Part shown: positions 25,944 through 37,464 of the stretch, one piece after another
How the letters are laid out: the number at the start of each line of letters is the position of its first letter
How positions within the stretch are numbered: position 1 is the stretch's first letter
Position numbers and translations under genes: made by a program
The notes under the pieces: generated by a model
Database searches by the model: none
Seen by the model: the letters and a program-made list of their open reading frames with translations, nothing else
What the model was told of the DNA's origin: nothing
Assembly: GCA_004022145.1 (NCBI GenBank)
Contig: RCNU01000007.1
Direction: 5' to 3' (one strand)
From: Paecilomyces variotii
Taxonomy: Eukaryota
DNA length: 64,000 bases

Positions 25944-28688
25944 ATGGATGAGCCCACACCCAGTTCGGGGCGTCAGAAACGGCCCCGCGTGGCGGAAGAG
26001 AAGCGCAAAAGAGCTGTGCGAGCGTACGTGCACGTCCCCTGCGTTTGGCCCTTGATTGGAACATATCTAGAACAGGGAACTAAACGAACCATCCAGATGC
26101 GATTGGTGTCGAAGAGTAAAGGAGAAATGTGAAGGGGGTGTACCGTGTCGGCGATGTTCTCGTTATCAACGTCAATGCGTGTTTAACACCCTTCCGGACC
26201 ACGGAGATAGGGCTTCCAGGGCGTCTGTTGATCGGTAAGTGGATGCTTCTTATTTGAATACTGTGAATGCTGAACATCCCCCTAGGAGCCTAGAACTCAC
26301 AGCGAGCCTCAGTCGTGACGATGTCACAGAGGCACAGCGGGTGCGGTACATGGAAGAGATCTTGGCGCATTATGTTCCAAATATCTCTTTTGATATTCAG
26401 TCACTAAAGAGGTTTGCTGAGGACCTCCAACTCCAGCATCGCGGGTCAGATAAGGATGGTCCGGCTACACAGGTAGAACTGGATGAGCTGGAAGACCTGG
26501 CGATTGATGATGAGGACTTTACGATCAAAGCTCTTCCTGACAACACGACACGTAAGTCATCTCTGCCCGAAAAATAATGATGTGTGTTTTAATAGATAGG
26601 CCCGCTGATGTATAATCCTCAGAGTATTCTGGCGAATTCTCTTATCTAAATTTCTCCATGAAGATTCGACGGAAAATCGACGAGTGGATGCAGACATCGG
26701 CTCCAGACGTAAGTGGGATACATTCCCTTATGCTAACCGTTGCTCACATTGTGTAAAGGATACACCAGAAACAGATCACTTTGAGGAAACATGGCGATCG
26801 ACGCAATTGCAGTCTGGATCAGCTCTCGTGTCCGCATCGATAACATGCCTTCCGCCACGATATGTCGCGGACTTCTTAGTGCAAACGTTTTTCAAATATG
26901 CGCAAACTAATAATTTCTATGTTGAAGAGGATTGGCTGTGTGAGAAAGTGAACACTTGCTATACCAACCCAGCCGTCCTTTCCTCGAAGGACGCAGGCTC
27001 TGTCTGCGCGATCTTGATGGTCTTGGCTATCGGTACGCAGTTTGCGCACATGGACTCGCCAAAGCAGGTGAATAAGGTTGTGGACCCAAATTCCGCTGAT
27101 GACCACCGCTTCTCGGAAGACGAAGTCGGGCTTACATTTTATAAATTTGCGTCCAAACTTCTACCAGATATTATCACCACGGCGTCCGTCAGGAGTGTCC
27201 AGGCATGTCTGCTCATTGGGACATATCTACTACCCCTCGACACCTCAGGCCTCTCTTATACTTACTATGGGCTCGCGCTAAAAATGGCAATCCAAAACGG
27301 GATGCACCGGAAGTATACCGGACCGGGCCTAGATTCAAGAATGGTTGAGGTTAGGAATCGGGTATTCTGGACTGCATACACGATAGAGAAGTGCGTAATG
27401 CCTTCATGTTCAGGTTTCCTTTACTGTCTGACAAAGTTATAGGCGTATCAGTATTCTCCATGGAAGGCCTTCTTCCATGTCACAAGAAGACGTGGACGCG
27501 GAATTTCCAGTGGATCTTCCGAGTTTGCGGCCATCTGGACAGCTCTCCAACTATACTAACATGGTCGCGTTGATTAAGTTGACTTTGCGGCTCGCAGATA
27601 TTGCGAACGAAATGTATGCGGCACTTTCCTGCTGCATATGTGATTATATACTAACAATCTTGTTCAGATCCTCCCTGCGAAGATGCCGAAAAGGTCAGCA
27701 ATCGGACTGTCTCGACAAACTTCTAACCCGGAGAAGACAGCTTATGGAGTGGTGGGCGACGCTTCCAGAGGAGACATATTGCCGGGATCTAAACCCTCTA
27801 AGTGGCCACTTCCGTTCGAATGTACACTTGAGACTAGACTACTGTTTGACACGGATCTTTATCGGACGACCGTTTCTCTTCAGCAACATGAAAGGTATTA
27901 ATCGCGTAATCACCACGGGTTCCCAACAGAAGACCCAAACCGCTCGCTCTAAGGGGCGCTCGACCTTGGTCACCGACTGCGTTGAAGCAGCCCTCGAAAT
28001 CATAGATTTGTGCCGTCTCTTGCGTGACGAGACTGGCCTCGCACGCGCCTCTTATACTGAGTTCAGTTCGTGCCGTGCTGCGCTCCTCGTCATTTTAGCG
28101 CAGAGTCTCACAAAAAGAACGGATCGTTTGCGAAATGCGTTGGAGACAGGGATGGGGTTGATCAAGATCATGTCTATGGGTGTTGGGTCTGCGAGGTCTG
28201 CTGTGAATGTAATTGAGGCTCTCGAGCGCGCCATCCGTCGTTTGGATTCGTGGGACCAAATGCAGAGGCAAAGCAATGAGGCCGCAGATTCTGGGTACGA
28301 GCGTTTTAAGAACTGGGAAATGCTTTGGAAGACGGGGCCACTATCACCTGCGATATCTGCTGCTGCAATCCACGGCCAGGTACCCAACGACACAGTCCGA
28401 GCGACATCGGGACCAGAACTGTCCTCTGTCCTAGGCGTTGGTATCAATACTCCCTCTCATGCAAATGAGGATCCCAAGGACCCACACGCCACTGAATTCT
28501 CAGTTTCACCACCTTCGCGGTCGATGCCGACCTTTGCTTTCGAAGGGTTCGTATCTAATTTCCCGCAGGAGCTAGGCGAGTTTAACGCCATTCCATGCTT
28601 CGAAGGGGATACACAGCAAGGCCTTGGAAGCGATCTAGACCACCCATCCACGGCGGACACTCGATGGATGCAATTCATGAATGATTAG
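25944..28688 (+). CDS. prnA: Zn2Cys6 transcriptional activator of proline utilisation (PrnA); multiple introns, first 26024-26096
   Basis: Spliced ACDWCRRVKEKCEGGVPCRRCSRYQRQC. Fungal TF middle homology region (MAIQNGMHR, RNRVFWT). Cluster context. Confidence 0.85.
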
Positions 28689-29772
28689 TTTGAATAGCCT
28701 TTACGATGTAATACTATTCAACTGGCTCGGCCTCGGCCTCCGGAATCCTCCACCCGGGCCTTGCCCCCGGGATAAACACAAGGAGCCCAATGCTCCGCCG
28801 ACAAATCAGTAGGGCACTTTGCGACGCCTGCTAGATCAATCCATACACGCGTATACTATATTAGAATCCTTCTGCATGTCGGGAGGGGTCCTAGACAACT
28901 TGCTAATGCCATTGCTTCCTTGAGTTGCTTTCTACGGTTGCACCTTTTATGTACATAAATCCATATCTTAGCACAGCACGTCTCTATACCTCATGGGAGG
29001 TCACCAGGGGCACAGGCGTCGCCTGCGCCTCGCCGGAAGTTAAGCCTTGATTACAGAGAATACCTTATACCACCACTTCCGACGATCACACATTTCCCTT
29101 CCCCGCATTGCACCTCCTTTCTAGCCGAGTTCGTAAGAAACCTACAGGTAGGGTATATTTCCAATCATGATGATCTTAAAGACAGGCATTACGAGCGACA
29201 GCTCGTCTGATATGCAGTGCAGGGCTATCAAATCTGCACTAGTGCTGCACCGCAACGGATGGAGCCGATCAATATGTACAGTGTCATTGGATAAAGAGAA
29301 TATTCGGTCCTTCTTTTTGTACTAACGTATATGAAGCGTCGTTAAGCTATTCCAATTCAGCTGTCGTCTGCAGTTTGCATGCATATGCGTGTGATTGCGG
29401 GAATATAGTCTAATTAAGAGTTAGAAGCCTTGTTATATACGAGTAGTTAGTTACCGGTGGCCTGTTAGATACCTTGTCTGTTCGTATTCCGTGATACTGA
29501 CGTGTCGTATACTCGGACGTGAGAGTAATGGCAGGATAATACTGCCCCACACGATAATTTCTACAATCGGCTTAGGATGCAGCTTGATGGTATTATTGGA
29601 GGTTATTATAAGGAGTCGCCTTTCATAGCTGAATTTTGCAGCGAGCTCCGATTACCTCTTGAAAATAATAATAAAAATTGCATCGGGGTATCCTACTCTA
29701 ATTGCACTTTTATCGAGATATTGCGTAATACAGGTCCTGTTCTTCCCGGATATCGAAGGCATAGATACTACC

Positions 29773-31338
29773 ATGGCGCTCAACCTAATCGTCCTATTTC
29801 CTATTATCCTCATTCTTCTAAGAATAATTTACGAGCGCATACGAGATAGCAAACTCCCTCCAGGCCCTCCTCGTCTTCCACTTATCGGAAACCTCCACCA
29901 AGCACCAGCCGAGCTTCCCTGGCGGACATTCCGAGAATGGACTCAACGATACGGCCCCATAATCAGCGCCCAATTTGGCCATAATACCGTCATCATGATT
30001 GGTGATGCTACAATAGCACGAGATCTGTTGGTAAAGAGAGGGCACATATACAGTGACCGTCCTCAGATGGTGATGGCGAACAACGTAACCAAAGGATTGC
30101 ATTTACTTTTCCGGCGCTACAATGAGCGGTATAAACTTCACCAACGCCTCGATGCACCGGTGCTTAGTCCTAGGGCCTCCATTACGTATCATCCGGTCCA
30201 GGATCTCGAGAGCAGGCAATCGATGCATGACCTGCTCTCAACGAATAACTTCACGAAAGTGTTCGAACGCTTTTCGGCAAGCGTGATTTATGGACTTGCG
30301 TATGGGACGCGCTTGCATACAGGCGATGAGGTTATGCTCAAGGATGCGCATAGAGTCCAGCAGAACTTTGTATATGCAGCTCGTGTCGGTACATGGATCG
30401 TGGATGCTGTGCCTATCTTGAATTATCTACCGAGATTTCTGGCCCCCTGGAAGAAAATCGGTGATGAGTTCTATGAACTTGAGAAAAATCTGCATTTAGG
30501 CAATATGTGCACTGGCTTTGCTAGCAAAAGTTGGAATTGGACCAAAGAATTTTCCAAGTCCAAGGAAGCAGCTACCATGTCGCAGATCGAATTAGCCTAT
30601 AATGTGGGAATCCTTGCTGATGCCGGCCTTGACACTACCCAACTACAGATGAGAATGTTCGTGTTGGCTGCTTTGTCGTATCCGGGGTTTATCCCCAAAG
30701 CGCAGAAAGAACTAGATGAGGTAGTAGGGCCTGACAGGCTCCCTACCTTCGAAGATCAGAAGAACTTACCTTACATCTCTGCCATTGTCGAGGAGAATCT
30801 ACGATGGCGCGGAATTATCCCAGGCGGCGTTCCACACGCTACCTTGCAGGAGGATAATTATATGGGATATCGCATCCCTAAAGGAGCCACTATTGTGTGG
30901 CTGGCGTGGGCAATGGCACTGGATGAGCATGCATTTGAACGACCACTTGAATTTATTCCTGAGCGATGGCTTGAAGAATCTACGATCCCCGATAGGAAAC
31001 CCCGTTTTGTTAATTTCTTCGGATACAGCCGTCGTATCTGCACTGGCAGGCATATCGCACGAAATTCGCTGTTCATTCTCATAGCTCGAGTGCTCTGGGG
31101 ATTCAATATCAAACACGCAGTTGATGAACGAGGAAAGGTCAAGGAAGTTGATGATATGGCGATGACATCTGGTTTTGTGCAGTGTCCAATGCCGTTTGAA
31201 GCGGTGTTTGAGCCACGGAGTGCACAGGCAAAGGCGGTTATTGAAAATAGTTGGCATACGGCAGAGAAAAATCTTGATGTTATTATGGATTCAGTAAGGG
31301 AGTCACAGATTGCGGCTGGTTTGAAGGTTCAGGTTTAA
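29773..31338 (+). CDS. Cytochrome P450 monooxygenase, intronless (resembles OrdA/CYP64-like fungal P450s)
   Basis: N-terminal TM anchor, PPGPPRLPLIGNLHQ, I-helix AGLDTT, EENLR (ExxR), PERW, heme motif FFGYSRRICTG. Confidence 0.93.
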   Translation: MALNLIVLFPIILILLRIIYERIRDSKLPPGPPRLPLIGNLHQAPAELPWRTFREWTQRYGPIISAQFGHNTVIMIGDATIARDLLVKRGHIYSDRPQMVMANNVTKGLHLLFRRYNERYKLHQRLDAPVLSPRASITYHPVQDLESRQSMHDLLSTNNFTKVFERFSASVIYGLAYGTRLHTGDEVMLKDAHRVQQNFVYAARVGTWIVDAVPILNYLPRFLAPWKKIGDEFYELEKNLHLGNMCTGFASKSWNWTKEFSKSKEAATMSQIELAYNVGILADAGLDTTQLQMRMFVLAALSYPGFIPKAQKELDEVVGPDRLPTFEDQKNLPYISAIVEENLRWRGIIPGGVPHATLQEDNYMGYRIPKGATIVWLAWAMALDEHAFERPLEFIPERWLEESTIPDRKPRFVNFFGYSRRICTGRHIARNSLFILIARVLWGFNIKHAVDERGKVKEVDDMAMTSGFVQCPMPFEAVFEPRSAQAKAVIENSWHTAEKNLDVIMDSVRESQIAAGLKVQV

Positions 31339-31698
31339 ATAACTGCGCTGCCACGGTGTACTTTTGAATTCTGTTGGATATAATTACAGCTTGTCTCTCT
31401 CTCTCTTACCCCCTTTCTTTGCCTCTTTTTTACTACTGTGCAAGGGTTATTCTCTCTATAGAGCATAGATAAACTGAGTAACACTAGTTAGTATTTGACC
31501 ACTCAAGTGTAATGACTGGTAAATATATGTTCATTTTTCTCAGCATATATAAAATTAGTGAGGGCGCAAAATTACATATCTAAGCAACCTCAACTAACTA
31601 CGATATATTTATTCTAAAATATACCAGACTGCTGCAAACAGATAATTGACAGATTACCTGGTATTTGCTTTATGCGCAGACAATATTTTAAGATTATG

Positions 31699-31716
31699 TA
31701 TATATATATATATATA
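31699..31716. repeat. (TA)9 microsatellite
   Basis: Direct reading; lies in the AT-rich region between the convergent P450 and prnD 3' ends. Confidence 0.9.
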
Positions 31717-31785
31717 AAAACCTGCTAATGAACAAAGGGATATCTTATTAATTATTGAACAAAAGTTCTCTCTGCACTTTTAAGT

Positions 31786-33285
31786 CTAGAAACCTAGTGC
31801 CTTTCTAGCACGTCTCTGCAACTCCTGCGCCATAGCAAGTTGCGACTGCTTTGTCCGGCCGACAGCCTCAGTGTTCTCTACAGCGCGTCGGAACAGGAAT
31901 CCCATGCACTCCTTAACAGAGCCCCATGTCAGAAGTTTGTAGACATTAGGAGACTCTGTTGTAGCTACAGTGGTGCCAGCTTCAGCGCTCTGGAAACCCT
32001 GGAGAAGCTCACAGCTGACTTCGTCTGCCATACCCTGCAGCTGAGCATAGGCGAGTTCCACGCGAGGCTCGCTGCGTGCGGCCTGCTGCAGGCGGATGGA
32101 GTGAGCCTTTCGGACGGAGTCCTGGTTGTGGGTAGCGATGATAACATTAACAGGGGGTAGTTTGACAGTGTGCTCATCGGAAGCAGGCTTCAGGACATCG
32201 TTGTATCGTCGGGCCAACAGAGCCTCGACGATACCATCGTAGCAGCGGTCAGTTTCTTCCTTTTCAGCCCAGATCAAGTGACGAGGTTCGGTCTTCAAGT
32301 ATGCTCCACGCACTAGCTTTACACCCAGCGTGTAGCCTTCCTGACGAGCAATCTCTAGGTGCCTAGCAATAGTGGCGGGTGTAGACCGCAGGTAGGCTTG
32401 GTATGTGCCGTATAGAGTTGCCCGACCAGGGGTCTTTAAGTTGATGTATTTCTGATAAGTCATGATCCATTCCTCGATACCAGGCTGAACGGCCTGCTCC
32501 TCAGCGTCGACAAGCAAGCGCGCACCACGGGCAATGGCGGAATCGCAAACAGAGCGGATGGCTTCGTCCATGTATTCCGAAGGAGGTAATTTCTGCCGAA
32601 GCAGGCTCAAAGCCTGATTTCCCATACCGGTAAACCTGAACGGAAACTTCGTTAGTCACGACGGCACAACCTCAGGACAGTAGTATGGTGATGCCTACTT
32701 TAGCGCGACAAAGTCTCCTTCCTGAGCCATATCAACAGTCTGCAATGTTCCCTGCAGCCATGTATCCACCTCTTCTCGAGCAGCCTTTTCGTCCACGAGA
32801 TTACCGCCATTCTCTCCAGCTAGAACTTCACGAGCGTATCCCAAAAGGACTCCTCTGTATCCTAAACTCTTCATTTCCTGGATGGACCTCTGAACCTCAA
32901 CTTTGTTCTCACCGGCATTGAACTGCTTATAAATCGTGTTCTTAATGATCCAGTTGAGCGCTGGGTTTTTCGCCACATCTAAAACCGGAGTCTTGGGATG
33001 GGCTAGGGCAGACAATGCTCGGATGCATGGCTTCAAGAGAATAGGAGATGAGGAAATCGAGAGGATCAACAGGGATCGGAGAACCGTAGAAAGGGGGAGC
33101 ACTGCCAGCGGTGACTCCGTTGTTCGCTTCTCCGACGACGGCTGCAGGCAGTTGTTTATAGAAGCTGTCGACGGCGTACTGACGACCGGGGATCGAGAAG
33201 TGCCCGTATTGCTCACACGTCTCGGCCTAGGATATGTGCTGGACTTGACTCGCAGCGTCCGCAACGGGCGGGGCGGACGGTTCAT
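31786..33285 (-). CDS. prnD: Proline dehydrogenase/oxidase (PrnD/Put1); intron 32636-32698
   Basis: YKQFNAGE, spliced VALKFTG, LLVDAEE, TYQAYL, GVKLVRGAY, IATHN, AQLQGMAD, FLFRRAVEN. Confidence 0.95.
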
Positions 33286-33692
33286 CGCTACTCGAGTAAT
33301 AAATAATATCTGCTGGGAAGAGGGACTGTGATAATCCCACGCGACTGGTGTTTGATGTTTGACGTTTATCGATGACCCTTGCGGATAGAGATTTATATCG
33401 AAGCCATAGATAAGTTGAGATACACAAAATTACTACGTGAAATGGGCAGAAGATTCGATGATATACTCGTCATATCCGTGTAGCCCATGCCTCTTTGTTT
33501 TGCATCATCCGGTCATTCCCACCCCGACCGGTACGGTCACCAGCGGAAGAAGATTCCATGACAACCAACCATTTCTTTGCCACTCTTATCTGATCAGTTT
33601 ACTCTAAGAGCGAGCCATTGTCCAGAAGGCCGGGAGATAACGCAGCCTGCATATACTTATCATCCCGCTCCCGGTGCACGTCGAGTCGCTCT

Positions 33693-33701
33693 CCGGCCCG
33701 G
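33693..33701. promoter_or_regulatory. PrnA-type site CCGG-N-CCGG in the prnD-prnB divergent promoter
   Basis: CCGGCCCGG read directly; matches the CCGG-N-CCGG mode I recall for A. nidulans PrnA. Flanked by GATAA/TTATC sites at about 33636, 33657 and 33710. Confidence 0.7.
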
Positions 33702-33918
33702 GCAGTCTCGATAAGTAAACTTACGGATTGCTTGTCTGTCTCGACTTTCGACAGTCTAAGAAATGTTTCCGCTCCGCTCAGGCCAAGCTGCAAACAGAGA
33801 GTGATTGTTATTCGCTAGATGAGACCGAGACCGACTTTACTCTATTTAATTTTATTTTTTATCTATATGTATAGAGAAACCGGCAACGCTTGTGGGAGCC
33901 GGCTCGCTAAGTAAGTAA

Positions 33919-33933
33919 CCGGCTGCATGCCGG
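33919..33933. promoter_or_regulatory. PrnA-type site CCGG-N7-CCGG
   Basis: CCGGCTGCATGCCGG in the prnD-prnB intergenic region. Confidence 0.6.
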
Positions 33934-34404
33934 TCACGGTCAGTGCGTGTTCTTTTCCGCTGGGGGTAGATCTATCATCTCACTAAGTAGATAGTAGATA
34001 GTTATACTAGTTATAACTAGTTACAGTGCAAGCTGTTTGTCATAGGCAATTGTCATTTGTGCCCTGAACTCTCTCAAAATCCCCGCGCGCACGTTCCTAT
34101 CAGCGGAGACGCAAGACTGTAACCGTGGCTAATATACCCCGAGGCCAATGGCCGCTCCCGTTCTGGAAATTCTCTACCAAAACGATCTCCAGAGCCAAGA
34201 CACGCGATGGTTTACTGCCCACGGCCACGGCCGCGCAAGGCTTCCCCGCGTATGGCCCTGGGGTCCTGCGTGAGGCCTTATAACCCGGCTAAGCGAAGGC
34301 TGCTTCTTGCAAGAAAGACATTTCTCGCCCGTCACGGCTGTGTCGTTCTATACTTAGTCGCCGTGGACCATTGAAAAGAAAAAGAGCAGAAATAGAAAAA
34401 TTGT

Positions 34405-36370
34405 ATGAACACCATGAGTGGCTCTCCGAAGGAGCTGGAGGAAGCCAAGGCGGAGGCAACAAATGTTGTCGCGCACACTGACTCCAAGTCCATCAAGGGC
34501 GAGGTGAATCATATCCCCCGGGGCGAGACGCATCGAGGGTTGACCAGCCGCCATATCCAATTCCTGGCGCTGGGAGGATGTATTGGAACGGGTCTGTTTG
34601 TGGGATCGGGAGCGACCCTGTCTCTTGTCGGCCCAGGTGAGTTGGTGGAAAATCCGATACACGATGCCACGGGATGCTGACTGCGGACGAGCCCCCTTGC
34701 TCATGAGCTATATTGCCATGTCATCGGTCGTGTGGGCGGTCATGAACGTGCTGGGTGAAATGTCTACATACCTGCCGGTTCAGGGAGTCTCAGTTCCATA
34801 TTTTGTCAACAGGTTTACCGAGCCAAGTTTGGCATTTGCAGTTGGTAAGTCCAGGAGCCATCTGTAGCGTGTCTTCACCGGATGACTCGACTGACTGGTC
34901 TCCAGGGTACAATTACTGGTGAGATATTAACATGCACAGAGTTAGCAAGCAGAACCAGCCTAACACTGCAAACAGGTACTCGTATTCTATGTTGATTGCC
35001 TCAGAGGTCACTGCCGCAGCATTGATTATCCAGTACTGGACGACCGAGGTCCCAGTGGCGGCCTGGATCACGATCATTCTTGTCGGTATGCATTCAGGAT
35101 GACTCTCTGGGCAGAATTTGTCTGATTTTCCGCAGTGATCCTGTTTCTGAACGTCGTTGCTGTGTCCTTTTTCGGCGAGGCAGAGTTCTGGTTTGCGTCT
35201 ATCAAGATTATTGCCATTGTTGGACTGATCGTCCTGGGCGTGGTCTTGTTCTTCGGCGGTGGCCCTAACCACGATCGACTTGGATTTCGCTACTGGCAGC
35301 ATCCCGGTGCATTTAATCCACACATGGTGGGAGGAGATACCGGCCGATTCCTTGCATTCTGGACGGCCTTCATCAGATCGGGATTCTCTTTTATTTTCTC
35401 CCCAGAGCTCATCACAGCCGCTGCCGGTGAAGCGGTATCCCCTCGTCGCAACATTCCCAAGGCGACAAACAGATTCATCTACCGTCTCGTCGCCTTCTAC
35501 GTCCTCGGATCGCTGGTCATTGGTGTCACAGTGGCATACAATGATAAGAGTCTCCTGTCAGGTATTGCGAGTGGTAGTGAAGGCGCCGGTGCCAGTCCAT
35601 TCGTCATCGCGATCCAAAACGCTGGCATCAAGGGGTTGAATCACGTTATCAACGCCGCTATCCTCACATCAGCGTGGTCTTCGGGCAACTCGTGGCTCTT
35701 TGCAGGTTCTCGAACGCTGTATTCCCTGGCTTGTGCAGGTCAGGCACCGAAGATCTTCGCGCGCTGCAACCGCAAAGGTATCCCTTACGTCTCGGTGCTG
35801 CTCACATTTGCCATTGGATGCATTTCGTACCTCAACGTGTCTGATTCCGGAGCAACCGTCTTTTACTGGTTCACTAACATCACAACCGTTGGAGGTTTTA
35901 TCTCCTGGATTGTCCTCCTGGTCGCTTATCTGGTAGGTTTCCCTGCTGCTTAGATATATATCCCTCACGATTCTTTCGAGAAACAACCATGTTAATAGCC
36001 ACTACAGCGGTTCCGCGGGGCAATGCAGTTTCACGGCATACTGCACACTCGACCATTCAAAACCCCCCTCCAGCCATACAGCACATACTACGCTCTTTTC
36101 ATCGTGTCTCTCCTTGCTCTAACCAACGGCTACGCCGTATTCTTCCCGGGACAATTCACTGCGTCCGGGTTCCTGGTCTCATATATCGGCTTCGCTATCT
36201 TCATTGTTCTCTATATCGGCCACAAGGCGTGGTACCGGACGCCATGGATGGTGAAGATATCAGAGGTAGATATTTTTTCCGGAAAGGATGAGATGGATCG
36301 GCTGTGCGAGGACGACGTGGAGAGACTGCCCCGAAATTGGCTAGAGAAGATCTGGTTCTGGATCGCGTAA
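34405..36370 (+). CDS. prnB: Proline permease (PrnB/Put4, APC/YAT family); several introns including a 13-nt micro-exon at 34906-34918
   Basis: [64 protein letters not shown]. Divergent from prnD. Confidence 0.93.
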
Positions 36371-36408
36371 AAGGGCCTTAGACGATACATTTTCTTTTCT
36401 TTTTATTC

Positions 36409-36435
36409 TTTTTTTTTTTTTTTTTTTTTTTTTTT
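36409..36435. repeat. Poly-T tract (27 nt) in the prnB 3' region
   Basis: Direct reading. Confidence 0.9.
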
Positions 36436-36891
36436 CATGTTTATGTTTGTACGCTGTAGAGATGTTTTAAAAGTATTTGTATATGAATCTGTATATAGTT
36501 GCACGCTCTCAAGTGCAACGAATTTAAACGCCCTATAGACGTGAATTTCGAAGCAATCGCAGATGCACATTGGATCCTATTCGAACATTCTGTCATTGAT
36601 ATCCCAGCTTATGCTTGCAGACCTTTCAGATTGTGGTCGTTGTATAACTAGAATATGAAAGTTCCTGCCTGAGGCAACAAAGTCACTGATCCACCGAATC
36701 CACTACCATTGTTGGGAACTGCACTACCATACTTGTCATGGAACACGATAAAAGTCGGAGTGCAGGATCTTGTTTATCCAGATAGTATGGTATCTTCTTC
36801 AAATAACGGCGTCTCTTTCCCCCATCAACAACCATTAGATCTACCAATCCGCCATTCTCCACTACTTACCCCAGGCGATTGCGAGGAGGAT

Positions 36892-36904
36892 GCGGGGACC
36901 CCAG
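36892..36904. promoter_or_regulatory. Pair of oppositely oriented CreA consensus sites (GCGGGG-A-CCCCAG) upstream of prnC
   Basis: Both halves match SYGGRG, on opposite strands, separated by 1 bp. Confidence 0.55.
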
Positions 36905-37018
36905 TATCCGCATCTCCAGTGCACGGTCGCATCTGGATGAGCCAGAGGAATCTATAGAGTAATAGGAAAGCAGAATTTACCGGTATAATTCCTTTCATTC
37001 CCCGGTGTTGTATTTAGT

Positions 37019-37044
37019 GTATGTATGTATGTATGTATGTATGT
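37019..37044. repeat. (GTAT)6 microsatellite
   Basis: Direct reading. Confidence 0.9.
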
Positions 37045-37057
37045 TCTCCGTGGCGAA

Positions 37058-37076
37058 CCGGCAGCAGCCGGCCCGG
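37058..37076. promoter_or_regulatory. Composite PrnA-type site CCGG-N6-CCGG-N-CCGG upstream of prnC
   Basis: CCGGCAGCAGCCGGCCCGG. The same CCGGCCCGG 9-mer occurs at 33693. Confidence 0.7.
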
Positions 37077-37464
37077 TGTGTTCTCTCTCCGCCCGGCAAG
37101 CTCTCCGGGCGATACTTATCTTATCGCTCTGGGATCTATCTTGCTAACTACCTAGGTAGATGATGAACGTGGTTCTCAGCGGAGAGGAAGCTTCTGCGGC
37201 CAAGAAAGATTTCCGTTAGTACTGCTGGTTTTCCAGTGCGCTTTAAATTGTTGTCTTCGCTGTGTTCAGCTCTACTTGCTTTATCTTGTCGGTGCTGAGT
37301 TAGGTACTTATCTAAGTACCTGTGATAACTAGCAGACGGCATCCCTACGTCCAGCATCCAGGAACACGACGTGTTGTCGACAACCGGGGCTACACAGAAC
37401 TTGTTCGGTGTAATATTTGACTCTTTTGCCCATCTAGAGATAAAGAAGGAAGACGTCCACCAAG

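Noticed and set aside
29659-29772. Extended P450 N-terminus from TTG
   Set aside because: The ATG at 29773 has good context (ACCATGG) and is directly followed by the membrane anchor.
28689-31785. Transposon-mediated insertion of the P450
   Set aside because: I saw no terminal inverted repeats, target-site duplication or transposase remnants in the flanks.
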